DNA from: Octopus vulgaris
Taxonomy: Eukaryota
NCBI GenBank assembly: GCA_951406725.2
Contig: OX597816.1
Coordinates: forward strand, 49,724,001 to 49,788,000
Length of the DNA stretch: 64,000 bases
Direction of reading: 5' to 3'
Notes under the pieces: generated by a model
What the model was told of the DNA's origin: nothing
Database searches by the model: none
The model's input: the letters and a program-made list of their open reading frames with translations, nothing else
Part shown: in pieces, positions 1-10,611 of the stretch
Position numbering within the stretch: the stretch's first letter is position 1
Layout of the letters: the number at the start of each line of letters is the position of its first letter
Position numbers and translations under genes: made by a program

Positions 1-2863
1 AAACGACAGAAGGCTTAAATGTTAAAAAATATATATATTTGTGTCAAAATGTCTGGAGAATATTGGAAAAATTTTTTTCCTTTCCTTAAAATGACATAAT
101 TTTAAAATTTTTAAAGAAATTACCGGTTTCGCGTGTAGCTTTTCAAATTTCTTGTGACGTTATGTTTATATTGCATGGAATTATCGTTGTTTTTATTTCC
201 AGGAGATTTCTAAATAAGGGGAGGTAGTGAGTGATTTTTTCCGGTGTAGGGGAGATAATCGCTTAAAAATTTTTTTTCCCATTTCCTTGTTAATTTCTCT
301 GTGTCAGTATGTTCGGATGGTTGAGTCTGGGTTTGTACTTTTCAATGAAGAATGTTTCCTTGTTCAGTCTCATTTGTGTTGATGATCCGAAAGCACATTG
401 GTAAAATGGGAAGATTAAAAATTGTGGCAGTAGTTGCTTTGCGCATTTCTCAATGTGCTCACTAAAAGGTATCATTCTATATTCTGGGAATGCAATCTGT
501 TGTCGATGCAGTGTGCATCTGCGCCTGAGTGATAGTCCCGTGGAACCCACTTAGTCTTGGTGGCAGCCCGAGCATTTAATAACATAAATTATGTTTTCAG
601 AGGCACAAGTAAAGTTAGATTTGATCTTAAATTTCTGTCCTTCTTTAAAGAAGAATTCTGATCCTTCCAATAGGTTAGGACATGTTGCACAGTTCGATCT
701 ACCACATTTTTTTACTTTTGCATCCGTAATTTTAGAAGACAATTTTGCCTTTGTGAGAATCTTTTAAGTGATTTAGGCTGTTTGTAGCTTTTAATGATTT
801 GGTGTATGTTTAGAATTTCCTTTAATTTTGGGTTTTTATGAAGTATTGGTAAATTCTGGGTGATGATGGTTAAGGCTTCTTTGTTTCTGGGGTTGTATGT
901 AGATATGTAAGGTAGTATTTTCGGGGAAGGTGTGTTGTTGTGTTGAACTTTTCTTAAAGTTTCTATGTTGATTTCTGTTGCACGTCTGATCCCATCCTCT
1001 ATGAGTTGAGCTGGGTAATGTCTGTCAATTAGGGTGTTTTTGAGTTCTTGCAGTCTAAAGTTCCTGGTATTTTGTTCTGACACTATTGTGCATATCCTTC
1101 TTGCAAGGTTGAAGGGGATGTTTGTTTTAGTGTGTCTTGGGTGGCATGAATTAAAAAGAAGGTATTGTTTGGCGTCTGTGGCTTTGTAAAAAATGTCTGT
1201 TTCTATTTTAAGGTTAATTTTTTTAATTAGTATATCCAAGAACGGGAGCTCCTTTTGGTTGTATTCCATTGTGAACTGTATATTTGGGTTTATGCTGTTC
1301 AATAGGTTTTTAAATTTTAGGAGTTTATCTATGTTTTCATTCCAGAGAATGAAACAATCGTCTAGGAATCGTTTCCAATTCTCTTTTATGTATTGAGAGA
1401 GGGAGTTTCCAAAGATTGATAGAGATTCCTGGTAAATGATTATTTCCATGTATCCCATTGTTAAGTTCGCAATGACTGGTGCTGCCCTTGTACCCATAGC
1501 AATTCCGGATTTTTGACGGTAAAATGTATTGTCAAACATGAAGTGGTTATTGTGTAGGATGAATTCAATTGATTTAGTAATGAATTCCTTACTGATCCTT
1601 TTTGGTATTTCTTCCGGAAATTGGTCTAACCAGAATTGTATTGCCTCCAGTCCATAATTATGAGGTATACTGGTATACAAGTTGACTACATCAAATGAAA
1701 CCAGGATTGTTTCTTCCTTGGTTTTTTTTGGAAGGTGGTTTAACATATCTAAGTCATCTCTGATATGGCTATCGATATGTTTAAGGAAGGGCTTCAAAAG
1801 GATGTCCATAAGTAGACTTAGTCTGTGTGTTTCACAGGTTGGGCCAGCTACAATGGGTCGTAGTTTTAGGTCCCCCGGATTAGGTGTGTGTATGTATGTC
1901 TTTGGTGATTTTTTAATGGTTTCATTTATAATTTGACTTTTATGAATTTTTGGCAGACCATAGAAAAGGCTAGGTTTGCATTTAAAGTTTGTTAGGAAAT
2001 CAATCTCTTTGGTTGTCAGTTCCTTTTCATGGGTTTTAATTAGTGAACATAGAGTTTTCATTATTTTTTGTGGGGTGTAGCTGGTAATTTTTTCATAATG
2101 TAGGTCTTCATCAAGCAAGGAAATTACAAGATTTCTGTAGTATGATGTATCCATTATTACAACTGCATTTCCCTTGTCCGCTTCATTAATGGTTATATCT
2201 TCATCATTTTGGAGTTCTATCAGTTCTTTCCATTGTGTATTGTTAAAATTTGGGTTAGCTTTCTGTTTATGTATAGTATGGTAGGGGAAGTTCTCAATGT
2301 GGTTACAGAATTCGTCAAGATCTTTATTTCTTCCTCTGTGTGGGATGTGTTCACTTTTGTTCTTGACAAGTGATTCATCTTCAGTATTGAGACTGTTTGA
2401 TGCTTCTGCTAGTCTTAATTTTCTGCAAAATTCTGTTATATTATCCTTGAGTTCATTTAGGTTTGCTCTGCGTGGAGTTGGTGTAAATTTGAGCCCTTTT
2501 GCGAGGATGTCAATTTTTATGTTAGAAAGAGGTTTGGTTGAAAGATTGATTATCTTCGGTTTTTCCTTATTACTAGGTTCCAGCCTGTGTCCTGGTGTCC
2601 CTGGTCCCTGGCTAAAAAATGTTGGGTGTAATTTTGTTTGTATGAGTTGTCTGTGAGGTTGTGTGGTATTTGGTCGGGGGAGTGGTGGTATTGTTGCCTC
2701 CGATCGTTGTGTGTGTATGGGAATCTATGGTTGTTAATGCTTGTGGTGTGTTTAAAATTTCTGTATGGGGAATATTTTTGTTTCGAACTTCTTGTATGTG
2801 GGATGTTGCTTGACATAGTGTTTCTTTGCGTTTGTCATGTGTTTAGTGGGGACCAGTAGTTTT
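1..2863 (-). mobile_element. Penelope-like retroelement (Neptune-type), inverted copy, 5'-truncated within ORF1 and disrupted
   Basis: 1..2795 is the reverse complement of 3212..6007. The pol frame is split into ORFs 712..2154, 551..742 and 290..550 by a 1-bp deletion in an A-run near 763 and a TAC>TAA change at 551. The copy runs off the window start. Confidence 0.93.
115..154 (-). ncRNA. Minimal type I hammerhead ribozyme (U3-A8 variant), mirror of 5854..5893
   Basis: Minus strand reads AAGAAAT-TTGAAAA-GC-TACAC-GC-GAAA-CCGG-TA-ATTTCTT. Confidence 0.75.
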
Positions 2864-2868
2864 GGAAC

Positions 2869-3457
2869 ATGATAAAAAATTCCAACAAAGCAGATATCTA
2901 CGAGGGATGGATAAACTCAACACCAATTATCCTCCCACGCAAATTCCAGATAAAATTAATTCCTAACGAGCCTGACGGACAGAGATCTATTAGAGAAAAG
3001 TCAGCTCTGTTCAATTTTAAATCAGAAATAGAGCTTCTAAGACTCAGGGCCTCCACAAATGAAGAAAAACTTAAAAGCATAGACGAGGAGATGCACAATC
3101 AAATACTTAAATATACCGAGGGACAACCGCTCGATAATACATTGGATCACTGGAAGGATTCCTGTGAGAGAGAAGAGAGAAATTCTCTCCTACGCTGGGA
3201 GAAAAACATGGACAAGAAGTTCGAAACAAAAATATTCCCCATACAGAAATTTTACACACACCACAAGCATTAACAACCATAGATTCCCACACACACACAA
3301 CGATCGGAGGCAACAATACCACCACTCCCCCGACCAAATACCACACAACCTCACAGGCAACTCATACAAACAAAATTACACCCAACATTTTTTAGCCAGG
3401 GACCAGGGACACCAGGACACAGGCTGGAACCTAGTAATAAGGAAAAACCGAAGATAA
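2869..3457 (+). pseudogene. Putative ORF1 of the PLE (charged helical N-part, H/Q/N-rich basic C-part), interrupted by an apparent internal deletion at 3211/3212
   Basis: ORF 2869..3273 (PRKFQIKLIPNEP...KSEIELLRLRA...HWKDSCEREE) is protein-like up to 3211. The C-terminal part (TRSSKQKYSPYRN...QHFLARDQG...KNRR*) is in frame 2 and stops at 3457. The left arm has different sequence upstream of the same point. Confidence 0.6.
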
Positions 3458-5718
3458 TCAATCTTTCAACCAAACCTCTTTCTAACATAAAAATTGACAT
3501 CCTCGCAAAAGGGCTCAAATTTACACCAACTCCACGCAGAGCAAACCTAAATGAACTCAAGGATAATATAACAGAATTTTGCAGAAAATTAAGACTAGCA
3601 GAAGCATCAAACAGTCTCAATACTGAAGATGAATCACTTGTCAAGAACAAAAGTGAACACATCCCACACAGAGGAAGAAATAAAGATCTTGACGAATTCT
3701 GTAACCACATTGAGAACTTCCCCTACCATACTATACATAAACAGAAAGCTAACCCAAATTTTAACAATACACAATGGAAAGAACTGATAGAACTCCAAAA
3801 TGATGAAGATATAACCATTAAGGAAGCGGACAAGGGAAATGCAGTTGTAATAATGGATACATCATACTACAGAAATCTTGTAATTTCCTTGCTTGATGAA
3901 GACCTACATTATGAAAAAATTACCAACTACACCCCACAAAAAATAATGAAAACTCTATGTTCACTAATTAAAACCCATGAAAAGGAACTGACAACCAAAG
4001 AGATTGATTTCCTAACAAACTTTAAATGCAAACCTAGCCTTTTCTATGGTCTGCCAAAAATTCATAAAAGTCAAATTATAAATGAAACCATTAAAAAATC
4101 ACCAAAGACATACATACACACACCTAATCCGGGGGACCTAAAACTACGACCCATTGTAGCTGGCCCAACCTGTGAAACACACAGACTAAGTCTACTTATG
4201 GACATCCTCTTGAAGCCCTTCCTTAAACATATCGATAGCCATATCAGAGATGACTTAGATATGTTAAACCACCTTCCAAAAAAAACCAAGGAAGAAACAA
4301 TCCTGGTTTCATTTGATGTAGTCAACTTGTATACCAGTATACCTCATAATTATGGACTGGAGGCAATACAATTCTGGTTAGACCAATTTCCGGAAGAAAT
4401 ACCAAAAAGGATCAGTAAGGAATTCATTACTAAATCAATTGAATTCATCCTACACAATAACCACTTCATGTTTGACAATACATTTTACCGTCAAAAATCC
4501 GGAATTGCTATGGGTACAAGGGCAGCACCAGTCATTGCGAACTTAACAATGGGATACATGGAAATAATCATTTACCAGGAATCTCTATCAATCTTTGGAA
4601 ACTCCCTCTCTCAATACATAAAAGAGAATTGGAAACGATTCCTAGACGATTGTTTCATTCTCTGGAATGAAAACATAGATAAACTCCTAAAATTTAAAAA
4701 CCTATTGAACAGCATAAACCCAAATATACAGTTCACAATGGAATACAACCAAAAGGAGCTCCCGTTCTTGGATATACTAATTAAAAAAATTAACCTTAAA
4801 ATAGAAACAGACATTTTTTACAAAGCCACAGACGCCAAACAATACCTTCTTTTTAATTCATGCCACCCAAGACACACTAAAACAAACATCCCCTTCAACC
4901 TTGCAAGAAGGATATGCACAATAGTGTCAGAACAAAATACCAGGAACTTTAGACTGCAAGAACTCAAAAACACCCTAATTGACAGACATTACCCAGCTCA
5001 ACTCATAGAGGATGGGATCAGACGTGCAACAGAAATCAACATAGAAACTTTAAGAAAAGTTCAACACAACAACACACCTTCCCCGAAAATACTACCTTAC
5101 ATATCTACATACAACCCCAGAAACAAAGAAGCCTTAACCATCATCACCCAGAATTTACCAATACTTCATAAAAACCCAAAATTAAAGGAAATTCTAAACA
5201 TACACCAAATCATTAAAAGCTACAAACAGCCTAAATCACTTAAAAAGATTCTCACAAAGGCAAAATTGTCTTCTAAAATTACGGATGCAAAAGTAAAAAA
5301 ATGTGGTAGATCGAACTGTGCAACATGTCCTAACCTATTGGAAGGATCAGAATTCTTCTTTAAAGAAGGACAGAAATTTAAGATCAAATCTAACTTTACT
5401 TGTGCCTCTGAAAACATAATTTATGTTATTAAATGCTCGGGCTGCCACCAAGACTACGTGGGTTCCACGGGACTATCACTCAGGCGCAGATGCACACTGC
5501 ATCGACAACAGATTGCATTCCCAGAATATAGAATGATACCTTTTAGTGAGCACATTGAGAAATGCGCAAAGCAACTACTGCCACAATTTTTAATCTTCCC
5601 ATTTTACCAATGTGCTTTCGGATCATCAACACAAATGAGACTGAACAAGGAAACATTCTTCATTGAAAAGTACAAACCCAGACTCAACCATCCGAACATA
5701 CTGACACAGAGAAATTAA
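3283..5718 (+). CDS. PLE pol: N-terminal/DKG region, reverse transcriptase and GIY-YIG endonuclease (stop-free frame 3283..5718; first ATG only at 3853)
   Basis: Hand translation upstream of the ATG gives IINLSTKPL..ILAKGLKFTPTP..IKEADKGNAVVIMD. RT motifs: FYGLPKIHK, LRPIVAG, VSFDVVNLYTSI, GIAMGTRAAP, WKRFLDDCF. Cys linker KCGRSNCATC; endonuclease IIYVIKCSGCHQDYVGST..LRRR..H..E..LN. Confidence 0.95.
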   Translation: MPTHTQRSEATIPPLPRPNTTQPHRQLIQTKLHPTFFSQGPGTPGHRLEPSNKEKPKIINLSTKPLSNIKIDILAKGLKFTPTPRRANLNELKDNITEFCRKLRLAEASNSLNTEDESLVKNKSEHIPHRGRNKDLDEFCNHIENFPYHTIHKQKANPNFNNTQWKELIELQNDEDITIKEADKGNAVVIMDTSYYRNLVISLLDEDLHYEKITNYTPQKIMKTLCSLIKTHEKELTTKEIDFLTNFKCKPSLFYGLPKIHKSQIINETIKKSPKTYIHTPNPGDLKLRPIVAGPTCETHRLSLLMDILLKPFLKHIDSHIRDDLDMLNHLPKKTKEETILVSFDVVNLYTSIPHNYGLEAIQFWLDQFPEEIPKRISKEFITKSIEFILHNNHFMFDNTFYRQKSGIAMGTRAAPVIANLTMGYMEIIIYQESLSIFGNSLSQYIKENWKRFLDDCFILWNENIDKLLKFKNLLNSINPNIQFTMEYNQKELPFLDILIKKINLKIETDIFYKATDAKQYLLFNSCHPRHTKTNIPFNLARRICTIVSEQNTRNFRLQELKNTLIDRHYPAQLIEDGIRRATEINIETLRKVQHNNTPSPKILPYISTYNPRNKEALTIITQNLPILHKNPKLKEILNIHQIIKSYKQPKSLKKILTKAKLSSKITDAKVKKCGRSNCATCPNLLEGSEFFFKEGQKFKIKSNFTCASENIIYVIKCSGCHQDYVGSTGLSLRRRCTLHRQQIAFPEYRMIPFSEHIEKCAKQLLPQFLIFPFYQCAFGSSTQMRLNKETFFIEKYKPRLNHPNILTQRN
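3388..3394 (+). promoter_or_regulatory. Candidate -1 ribosomal frameshift heptamer T TTT TTA (alternatively a 3' splice acceptor TTTTTTAG)
   Basis: ORF1 frame reads CAT TTT TTA GCC; the -1 frame reads TTT TTT AGC and is the pol frame. Same heptamer in the left arm at 2613..2619. Confidence 0.55.
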
Positions 5719-5853
5719 CAAGGAAATGGGAAAAAAATTTTTAAACGATTATCTCCCCTACACCGGAAAAAATCACTCACTACCTCCCCTTATTTAGAAA
5801 TCTCCTGGAAATAAAAACAACGATAATTCCATGCAATATAAACATAACGTCAC

Positions 5854-5893
5854 AAGAAATTTGAAAAGCTACACGCGAAACCGGTAATTTCTT
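5854..5893 (+). ncRNA. Minimal type I hammerhead ribozyme (U3-A8 variant) in the PLE 3' region
   Basis: Stem I AAGAAAT/ATTTCTT (7 bp), core UUGAAAA, 2-bp stem II GC-UACAC-GC, GAAA, palindromic ACCGGT stem III, cleavage triplet GUA. Confidence 0.75.
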
Positions 5894-6026
5894 TAAAAAT
5901 TTTAAAATTATGTCATTTTAAGGAAAGGAAAAAAAATTTTTCCAATATTCTCCAGACATTTTGACACAAATATATATATTTTTTAACATTTAAGCCTTCT
6001 GTCGTTTTTTCACACTTTACTATTTT

Positions 6027-6081
<55 letters not shown>

Positions 6082-6550
6082 GAGGACATTATTACACATA
6101 AATGCCGCACGCTAGGAGGGACTCTTACAGTCAAAACTACTAAAATAAACATATCGTACCGACTGCAAGTCTCGAACGAAGTCATTTAAAAGCAGAATTT
6201 AGCTGCCGATCACCAGTGATTTCATAATCAGTGCAGTGGTTTGCGCTCTTTACTCATCGGTGCAAGATTTATAATGAATGAACAAAATCAACATACCAGA
6301 CGAGCAACCATCGTATCCACCGTAGCATATAGAACTGTTCACCCCTTATACATCTATGTAAATGGTAGGCTTTTTCAAATTGCATTTCGGTAACAACGTG
6401 CTTATTTGGAATAAAAATTCAGTATTGAATATACTCCGGTTAAATTTATCCTATCTTAAAATTATATATATATATATATATATACATTTATAAATTATGT
6501 ACATTTATAAATATATACACATATATATTTATATAAATATAAATATACAT

Positions 6551-6720
6551 AGGCGCAGAAGTGTATGTGTGATAAGTAGCTTGTTTACCAAAAACATGGT
6601 TCCGGGTTCAATCCCACTGCGTGGCACCTTGGGTGTGAGTCTTCTACTATAGCTTCGGGCCGACCAACGACTTGTGTGTAGATTTGGTTGACGGAAACTG
6701 AAAGAGGCACGTCGTTTATA
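6551..6720 (+). mobile_element. tRNA-headed SINE family A, 5' half
   Basis: AGGCGCAG..TAAGTAGCTTG..GGTTCCGGGTTCAATCCC (B-box like); closely matches 13001..13165. Confidence 0.85.
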
Positions 6721-6724
6721 TATA

Positions 6725-8006
6725 CGAGGGGCGTTCAATAAGTAATGCCCCTGACCCACTTCCCATAGCAGTAGAGCAACGAAACTTCGCACAGTTATTA
6801 GTCTTTTTCTACATAGGAACCACCCAGAGTTACGCATTTCTCCTATCGTCTGATGCAGCTCTGAAGACCGTTTTTTGTAGAAGACCCCAGCTTGGTCCTC
6901 GAACCACGACGTGACTTCAGAAATCAAGGCTGCATCATCTGGGAAACGCTTTCCTTTCAAAAGCAACTTCATGGCTGGGAAGAGGTGAAAATCAGAGGGT
7001 GCGGGTCAGGAGATGGGGGATGAGTTCATAGCCGCACGCCTGTGCTTCTGATCTGGCGACACGCGAGTTGTGGATCGGAGCGTTGCCCTGCAGGAGGAGG
7101 GTGCATTTGCTGATCTTGCCCCGCCTCTTGATTTTGATAGCTTCTCTTAATTTCCTCGAAAGTGAAGCATAATAGACTCCTGTAATTGTGGCACCCTTTG
7201 CCAAAAAATCTGTCATCACTACTCCGTCCTGGTCCCAGAAGACTGTGAGCATGACCTTGCCAGCGGAGGGCTGCACCCTTGCCTTCTTTGGAGGAGGTGA
7301 GTCACGGTGCTTCCACTGCATTGACTGGGCTTTGGTCTCTGGATCATAGTGATGGACCCAGGTTTCATCCTGTGTAATCAGTCTTTTGACAAATTTTGAC
7401 TCATCTTCTTGGCACATCTTCAAATTCATCCTCGCGCAATCGACGCGTTCTTGCCTCTGGAGAGGTGTGAGCAACCTGGGAATCCATCTGGCAGACACCT
7501 TTTGCATATGCAAATGGTCATGAATGATAGTTTCCACAGACCCGGTACTAATCTTAACCTCATGGGCTATTTGGCGAATAGTTATGCGTCGATCTTCCAA
7601 AATGGCAGCCTCAACTTGACGGACAGATGCCTCATCAATGGCAGAAGGAGGCGATCAGATCTGGGAGCTGTTTCCACAAAGTTCCGACCATGTTTGAATT
7701 CACAATGCCAGCGTTTTACAAGGTCATATGATGGGGCATCATCACCATAAGTTACTTTTATTTCATCAAAAGTCTCCCGTGGTGTGCGTCCTTTCAAATA
7801 CAAAAACCGCATCACTGCTCGACACTCAACAGGCTCCGTTTCACACTTGACTCAGTTCAAACACCTGTAAATCAAAAACCACAATTAGTTCAGAGCTGTA
7901 GTTTGCCACTTAATTTATAGAGATATAAATAATTGCAAATGCAAAATTTCGGCTAGATCAAGCAACTGCAAGTGGGTCAGAGGCATTACTTATTGAACGC
8001 CCCTCG
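6725..8006 (-). mobile_element. Full-length mariner DNA transposon (irritans/Hsmar2-like TIRs), ~1.28 kb
   Basis: TIRs CGAGGGGCGTTCAATAAGTAATGCC at 6725 and its reverse complement ending at 8006; TA on both sides. Confidence 0.93.
6798..7839 (-). pseudogene. Mariner DD34D transposase pseudogene
   Basis: Fragments 7582..7815, 6992..7600 and 6529..6972 carry KVSARWIPRLL, ITQDETWVHHYDPE, SAGKVMLTVFWD, LLLQGNAPIH (second D changed to G) and GKRFPDD. Several frameshifts; the start codon appears to be ACG. Confidence 0.9.
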
Positions 8007-8008
8007 TA

Positions 8009-8311
8009 TATTTGTGCGTTTGTGTAGGAGTGGCTGTGTGGTAAGTAGCTCGCTTACCAAGTAGCCTGCATATTTCCCATGAGTTTTTGAGACTTCCCAT
8101 GAGACTTTGTTGTCAGTGTGCGCGTGTTTCAGTGTTTTTTGCACTAAAGAATATAGCCGGAAGTGTTTAGCCTGACAAAAGAAGCTGCTGCAAGGTAAGA
8201 CTTTTCTTTTGGACCCAGTGAGGGTCGTCGTCAGTGCTTATATGTTTTACAGACAGGCAATCCTCATTGGATTCAGGATGTTTGGTGACTATCCTGGCAC
8301 GAAAAGTCGTT
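8009..8311 (+). repeat. Left arm of a ~300 bp inverted repeat, beginning with a SINE-A head fragment
   Basis: Reverse complement of ~10309..10611, with scattered substitutions. Confidence 0.88.
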
Positions 8312-8559
8312 CGCTGTTTGTAAATAGTGTGTATATTACATCTACGTTGGAAAGCTGTATTTAAGTGGAGCAATCCAGCTTCTATCTGGAGTACCATAAT
8401 GGCTTTTAGTACATGAATGCCCAGAATATTTTTTTGCTGTGTTTTTTAAACTATTGTTGTCTTCTTCTAATGTGACTTTTTATTGAACTGTTTGCTTTTT
8501 TTCTTTCTTCTTCCGTTTTGTTTTCTTTTGAATTATTTCTTTCCTTTTTTGTGAACTAT

Positions 8560-9250
8560 TGTTTTGGACATGGCAAAATATAATACGCATAAGATTGTAG
8601 AGTGGGAGATTGTCCTACATGAGGAGTGGCTAAGACAAGCAAGAGGAGAAAATGGTGGTGTTGAGAATATGTTCGATGGTTCTTGGCATCATTACCGTCT
8701 TCTCCAAGCAGATGATAGAGCAGGTGTTGGCGGAACATCTGCCAACCATTAAGTATATCTCTTGGGAAGTCAAACATGCACCGGTGTGGTTGCCGTTTGA
8801 CACCCTAAATGAGTATCACAGTTTTGCGAGCCAGCCCGTTGAGGGTAAAGAAATTTTGTTTCTTCCCGCTTATAGTGGGAAGAAATTGACGAGGGTCTGA
8901 GTCTGTAGTTTGCTACCCGTAATTGAGAGCTAGTGGATAGAGGATAATATCTGACAGGGTCTGGGTGGCAGCGGAGCCAGGCTCCTCAAGGTGAAAATTC
9001 TTCTTGCGGCTGATTGGGTAGGGTCAAAAGTTGTTTTGATCCTGTGGACCCAATCAGCCATAAATCTAGTTATGCCAGATTTTTTTTTAAATGGCCGGGT
9101 GCAGGTACCCGTTGATTCTTGAGGGTGCCCCCACTCCCGGTGTCGTCGGTGCCTGGAGCATGGCCATATAAAGCATTGCCCTCGGGAGCAAGGTGGAGTC
9201 CTGGAGCAGTCTGTAAAAGAGGGAACGAAAGCGTTTGAAGAGACAAATTT
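8560..9250 (+). pseudogene. Decayed ORF1-like segment, probably from an L1/Tx1-type LINE
   Basis: Overlapping ORFs 8564..8752 and 8652..8900 (MIEQVLAEHLPTIKYISW..EILFLPAYSGKKLTRV) resemble Tx1-type ORF1 by recollection; frameshifts and stops present; no search done. Confidence 0.45.
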
Positions 9251-9308
9251 TTCCATCTCTCCCCCCCTCTCTCTCTCCCGCTCTCTCTTCCCTCTCCCCC
9301 CTCTCTTG

Positions 9309-9351
<43 letters not shown>

Positions 9352-10308
9352 GTATGTGTGCTGTGTATTTTTCAATAAACGAGAATTCTCTATCTCTCAT
9401 TATCTTTTTCTTTTTTTTTTCGTTTTAAATAATCTTGGTTGTCTGAAATTCTGGATTAAAAACATAACTTCCTGCAGGCAAGATTCAAAATTCATTTAAC
9501 ACATAACTATTCTAGGCGAAAAAAATTGAAGTGGGGTCATAAGATTGTAATAAAATATGATGTGTTTATTTTATTTCCTCAGATAATTTGATTAAAGATA
9601 ATTAGAAGTTAGCATATATGTATCTACATACGCCTGATCTAAAACAGTATTTTAGTGATAACGAGTGTCTCTTATCATTAGACGAGTCTTTTTGTCCTTT
9701 AAGCTATCTTTTCAAAGAAGTTTCAAGAGATAAATGATCAAACAAATGTTATTTTAATTAAACTGAATCTGAAACTAAAAATTTAAAAAAAAGATACTAT
9801 TTTTTTTTAATATATTAAAGTTTTCAGGCGCCATTATTTTGGGGGAAAGCAAAAGATATGTATGCTCGTGTCGAGGTTTGATATAAATAAATACAAAATT
9901 CTAAACAGACTGCTTTTTTTTTAATGTTTCTATGAGGTTTCAGATGCAGACTGTGAAAGCTATCATACACTTGTCCTTCCTGGTGCCGATCAAAATCCTT
10001 TCTGGAGCTGAACAAGATAATTCCAGCCACAGCCAACACAACTATTTGAGGAACATGTGGTGTAAGACTAACTTTCTAATGATTTCTATTGTTATTTAAA
10101 ATTGTTGGTTGTGATATGAGGGTGATTTGACATTTATATTAAGGCAGCTGAAGACAGTTAATTACTGGTATTTCTAGTACTGCATCGTTGATTTAAATTG
10201 TTTTCGGAGAAAAACATCTGATTTTAAATATATCTTTCAATACATAATTCTTCAGAAAATTTATCAAAATACTTGGTGGGTATACTACACACGTATAAAA
10301 ATAAAATA

Positions 10309-10611
10309 AAACGACTTTTCGTGCCAGGATAGTCACCAAACATCCTGAAACCAATGAGGATTGCCTGACTGTAAAACATATAAGCACTGACGACGTCCCT
10401 CACTGGGTCCAAAAGAAAAGTCTTACCTTGCAGCAGCTTCTTTTGTCAGGCTAAACACTACCGGCTATATCTTTAGTGCACAACACACTGGCACATGCGC
10501 ACACTGACAACAAAATCTCATGGGAAGTCTAAAAAACTCATGGGAAATATGCAGGCTACTTAGTAAGCGAGCTACTTACCACACAACCACTCCTACTCAA
10601 ACGCACACATA
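10309..10611 (-). repeat. Right arm of the ~300 bp inverted repeat
   Basis: AACGACTTTTCGTGCCAGGATAGTCACC...GTAAGCGAGCTACTTACCACAC mirrors 8009..8311. Confidence 0.88.

Larger units (their letters stand above)
2860..6030 (+). mobile_element. Penelope-like retroelement (Neptune-type), forward copy with intact pol frame, ending at a (TA)n tract
   Basis: ORF1 remnant, then RT/GIY-YIG ORF, then a 3' region with a hammerhead, followed directly by (TA)n at ~6029. Confidence 0.95.

Noticed and set aside
1193-5417. Short ORFs antisense to the PLE pol (e.g. 2297..2656, 3351..3710, 4071..4325)
   Set aside because: Shadow frames of the A-rich coding strand; they appear twice only because of the palindrome.
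2869-5718. Single read-through ORF from 2869 into pol (same frame)
   Set aside because: Two stops intervene (TAA 3271, TAG 3280), and the shared frame appears to result from the deletion junction at 3211/3212.
6158-6263. Hammerhead-like words on the minus strand (CCGATGAG..GAGACTTGCAGTC)
   Set aside because: Both core halves deviate from consensus and stem I is unconvincing; possibly a decayed copy but not supportable.
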